Notes under the pieces: generated by a model
Database searches by the model: none
Told to the model about the DNA's origin: nothing
The model's input: the letters and a program-made list of their open reading frames with translations, nothing else
Position numbers and translations under genes: made by a program
Part shown: positions 40,812 to 43,433 of the stretch, in pieces
How positions within the stretch are numbered: the first letter of the stretch is position 1
Layout: every line of letters starts with the position of its first letter
DNA from: a virus
Virus genome (UHGV): UHGV-0259702
Length of the DNA stretch: 43,433 nucleotides
Reading direction: 5' to 3' (one strand)

Positions 40812-42280
40812 CACTTTCTGTGAAGTTCAATGACATTGAATTAGGAAAGTACATCAAAGTACTACAGGGATTTACACCGTTTGTCGGTGCTGACTGGAAT
40901 CCATCGTTTGTGAAGGCAGAAAAACAGAATGGAAGTGATTTTGCTTACACGTCATACGAGAACAAACAAATTGTGATGCCGTTTACAATTGAGGGTAATC
41001 TGGAAGAGAATTACGATGCTTTACAGAAAGCATTAAAAGTAGACGAACCAAAAAAGTTAGTGTTTGGAAATGTTCCGAACAAATGCTTTTATGCGATTCC
41101 GTGTGGTACTTTAGAATTCAGTGAAGAAACAGAATTTCTGGGAGAGGGAACAATTACATGGTTAATCCCGGATGGGGTAGCGTACTCCACTGCGGAAAAA
41201 TCGTTTACCGCTCATCAGGAAAGCGGATATCAGACGCTTACTATTGTAAACGGTGGTACAGAATCCGTTCCGGTAAGCTACGAGATTACGCATAACCATG
41301 AAAATGGATTTATCGGGATTGCCAGTAAATACGGTGCAATACAACTCGGCAAGACCGAAGAAGCAGACGGCGAAGACTATAAGGCGTCAGAGATACTGTC
41401 AGAGGGGTATAGCCTGTTTCAAGACGATCATGGTACCTCTTATCAGAATCCAGAAAACACCACACAGGGAGCGTTGGAAGTGCGGAATGTTGCTGGATAC
41501 AATGTGATGGCGCTAAAAGGTGGACAAGCAACATCCGGATACTGGAATGGTGGAATGAAAACACTTACTATCCCGGTGGACAGTGAGGGCAGACGTGGAG
41601 CGAAGAACTTTTACTGTTACACGCAGCACTGGTTCGAGACAGGTTTGATGGGACAGACGGGAGCACAGACTATTGCGTTTCTTACAGGAAAAAATGAAGT
41701 GATCTGCTCTATGTCCATAAATAAAAGCGATTCTGTTGGCAATACGGCGCATGTGGACTGGTTCGCACCACAAAACAAGAAGATCAAGACACTGGATTTC
41801 CAGCCGACAGCTTATGAGGGAAACCCATTTAATTTGAAGATGGGTGGCGGTCATAATGATTTTTTAAAAGAGGGTGACAGGCTACGGATCTTTTGGTACG
41901 GTCAGTATTATTACTTTACTATCCCGGAGATTAAAGACATGGCGTGTGAGAAGATACAGGTCTGGATCGGGCAGTGGGGAAGTAGAGATCTTGGAAATCA
42001 GCTGGTTACGCACAACTATTTAAAAAGTATCTGGTTCCGCAAGGATAACGTGGAAAAATACCGAGATGTACCGAACCGGTATAAGTCTGGAGACATGGTC
42101 TATATTGATGGAAACGATACAGCGGTTTATGTAAACGGGATGAAGCGATCGGAAGATGAAATCCGAGGAAGTAAGTATTTTCTGGTACCACCGGGAGAGA
42201 CGGAGATCCAGTTCTCCTACTCGGCATTTAGCAGTCCTCCACCAACGATTAAAGCCAAAATAAGGGAGGCGTATTTATAA
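40808..42280 (+). CDS. Distal tail protein (Dit), long form of 490 aa
   Basis: Sipho_tail-like N-terminus directly after the tape measure gene. Overlapping start. Size suggests an inserted carbohydrate-binding module. Confidence 0.7.
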   Translation: MTLSVKFNDIELGKYIKVLQGFTPFVGADWNPSFVKAEKQNGSDFAYTSYENKQIVMPFTIEGNLEENYDALQKALKVDEPKKLVFGNVPNKCFYAIPCGTLEFSEETEFLGEGTITWLIPDGVAYSTAEKSFTAHQESGYQTLTIVNGGTESVPVSYEITHNHENGFIGIASKYGAIQLGKTEEADGEDYKASEILSEGYSLFQDDHGTSYQNPENTTQGALEVRNVAGYNVMALKGGQATSGYWNGGMKTLTIPVDSEGRRGAKNFYCYTQHWFETGLMGQTGAQTIAFLTGKNEVICSMSINKSDSVGNTAHVDWFAPQNKKIKTLDFQPTAYEGNPFNLKMGGGHNDFLKEGDRLRIFWYGQYYYFTIPEIKDMACEKIQVWIGQWGSRDLGNQLVTHNYLKSIWFRKDNVEKYRDVPNRYKSGDMVYIDGNDTAVYVNGMKRSEDEIRGSKYFLVPPGETEIQFSYSAFSSPPPTIKAKIREAYL

Positions 42281-43433
42281 TGAATGAAATCAGAATTGCC
42301 GTACTGAATCCACATGACAGGGTACTTGCATTTTTGGATAACACCCATCGAAACTCTATGCATTATTGGAACGATGAACTCCATGAATATCTGCAGGGGA
42401 CAGCGAATACTTACACATTTACGGTAAGTTCCAAACACGAGGATGCGGTGTATATCGTAGAAGGGAATAAAGTAGCCTTTGTATATAACGGAAAAGACTA
42501 TTATCTGAATATCGTACATGTGGAAAAGGATGAATTTACAGTTACTGCAACGGCGTGGTCCCTGTCCTTTGAATTGATCAACGAGAATGTTGGGGCATAC
42601 AAATCTGAAAGCGCAATGAGCTTTGAGGAATATGTAACTGCCTTTGATCCGGAACGTACCGTGCGGATCGGGATCAATGAAGTGTCAGATAAGCGGATTT
42701 CAAACGAATGGACAGGTGAGGCAACGGTACTGTCCCGTTTATTTTCCGTGGCAAATGTATTCGATGCGGAGATTGAGTTCCAGACTGTGTTAAATGATGA
42801 TTATTCACTGAAAGAAATTGTAATGAACGTGTATCGGGAACACTCAGACAATAACACGGGAGTTGGGGAGTTCCGGGGAGATATCAAGCTGCGGTATGGA
42901 AAAAATGTTACCGGTATCCGCAAGGAATCCAGTATCGAAAATCTGTACACCGGTATCCGTCCAACAGGAAAGGATGGACTGACTATACAGGGAATTGAGA
43001 AAGAAGAGCTGGATGAGAACGGCGTAGTAGAGTTTTATACACAAGGTCCAGATATCCGGGCGCCGCAGGCAAGGGACAGATTTCCATCAAACCTGATAAA
43101 CAAGGAAGATGGATACATCTTTATGCCAAAATCCTACGATACGGATAACAAAGACAAACTGTACAGTATGGCGCTATCGGACTTGAGAACAGCATCTGAA
43201 CCGGTCGTGACTTATGATGTGACGGGATACTTTGATACCGCTATCGGAGATACCGTGGAGATCGAAGATGAGGAGTACGTTCCTACCTTATACTTGAGTG
43301 CAAGAGTATCGGAGCAGGTTCGCAGTTTCACGAATCCGCAAGCAAACAAGACAGTCTTTACCAATTTTAAAGAGCTACAGTCGGAAATCTCTGAAGATTT
43401 GCTGCAGAAAGTAGAGGATCTGATTAACAAAAC
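42280..43433 (+). CDS. Tail-associated lysin / Tal (prophage tail endopeptidase-like), N-terminal part, 3' truncated at window edge
   Basis: TAATG overlap with Dit. Open to the window end (384 codons plus 2 nt). Not in the ORF track because no stop lies inside the window. Continues in frame into bases 1-838 if circular. Confidence 0.7.
   Translation, partial: MNEIRIAVLNPHDRVLAFLDNTHRNSMHYWNDELHEYLQGTANTYTFTVSSKHEDAVYIVEGNKVAFVYNGKDYYLNIVHVEKDEFTVTATAWSLSFELINENVGAYKSESAMSFEEYVTAFDPERTVRIGINEVSDKRISNEWTGEATVLSRLFSVANVFDAEIEFQTVLNDDYSLKEIVMNVYREHSDNNTGVGEFRGDIKLRYGKNVTGIRKESSIENLYTGIRPTGKDGLTIQGIEKEELDENGVVEFYTQGPDIRAPQARDRFPSNLINKEDGYIFMPKSYDTDNKDKLYSMALSDLRTASEPVVTYDVTGYFDTAIGDTVEIEDEEYVPTLYLSARVSEQVRSFTNPQANKTVFTNFKELQSEISEDLLQKVEDLINK

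Larger units (their letters stand above)
1..43433 (+). mobile_element. Complete or near-complete temperate siphovirus-like phage/prophage genome (lysis, integrase, lysogeny switch, replication, packaging, head, tail)
   Basis: Continuous canonical phage modules along the whole window and no host genes. Serine integrase sits directly after the lysis cassette. The window edges join in frame inside one Tal gene. Confidence 0.8.

Overview
The whole 43.4-kb window reads as one temperate siphovirus-like phage or prophage genome from a low-GC Firmicutes/Clostridia-type host (AGGAGG Shine-Dalgarno sites, frequent TTG/GTG starts, sigma-A TTGACA/TATAAT promoters). No host housekeeping genes are visible. 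Gene order from the left edge is tail tip/receptor-binding proteins (1-2254), a lysis cassette of XhlA-like protein, phiLC3-type holin and amidase endolysin (2327-3813), then a large serine recombinase (4245-5720, minus strand) next to a candidate attP. A lysogeny module follows: two minus-strand accessory genes encoding a DUF4236 membrane protein and a lipoprotein, a separate HTH gene, and a cI-like repressor with a three-operator divergent switch (8492-8620). Early and replication genes run from 8.6 to 20.2 kb: Rha/KilAC antirepressor, SbcC-like ATPase, RecT, Cas4-like nuclease, HNH-like protein, RusA, a replisome organizer with internal iteron/AG microsatellite, YopX, DUF551 and an ArpU-like late regulator. 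A HicAB toxin-antitoxin pair and a tRNA-Asn sit between the late regulator and the packaging genes. Then come small and large terminase, portal, a MuF-like minor capsid protein with a C-terminal extension and a small overlapping downstream ORF, scaffold, major capsid, head-tail joining proteins, major tail protein and the G/T tail chaperones with a -1 frameshift heptamer. A 4.5-kb accessory island (31.8-36.35 kb) sits between the G/T chaperones and the tape measure gene, a junction that is normally contiguous. It carries a promoter-to-terminator transcription unit containing three related ~60-70-bp elements that may encode a structured RNA, a 472-aa lipoprotein with two C-terminal repeats, an RHH protein, a 223-aa unknown protein and a second, diverged Rha-domain protein. 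The tape measure protein (36354-40811), Dit and the N-terminal part of Tal close the window. The last base pairs of the window join in frame to its first base pairs as one Tal ORF, so the window probably is a complete, circularly permuted phage genome.
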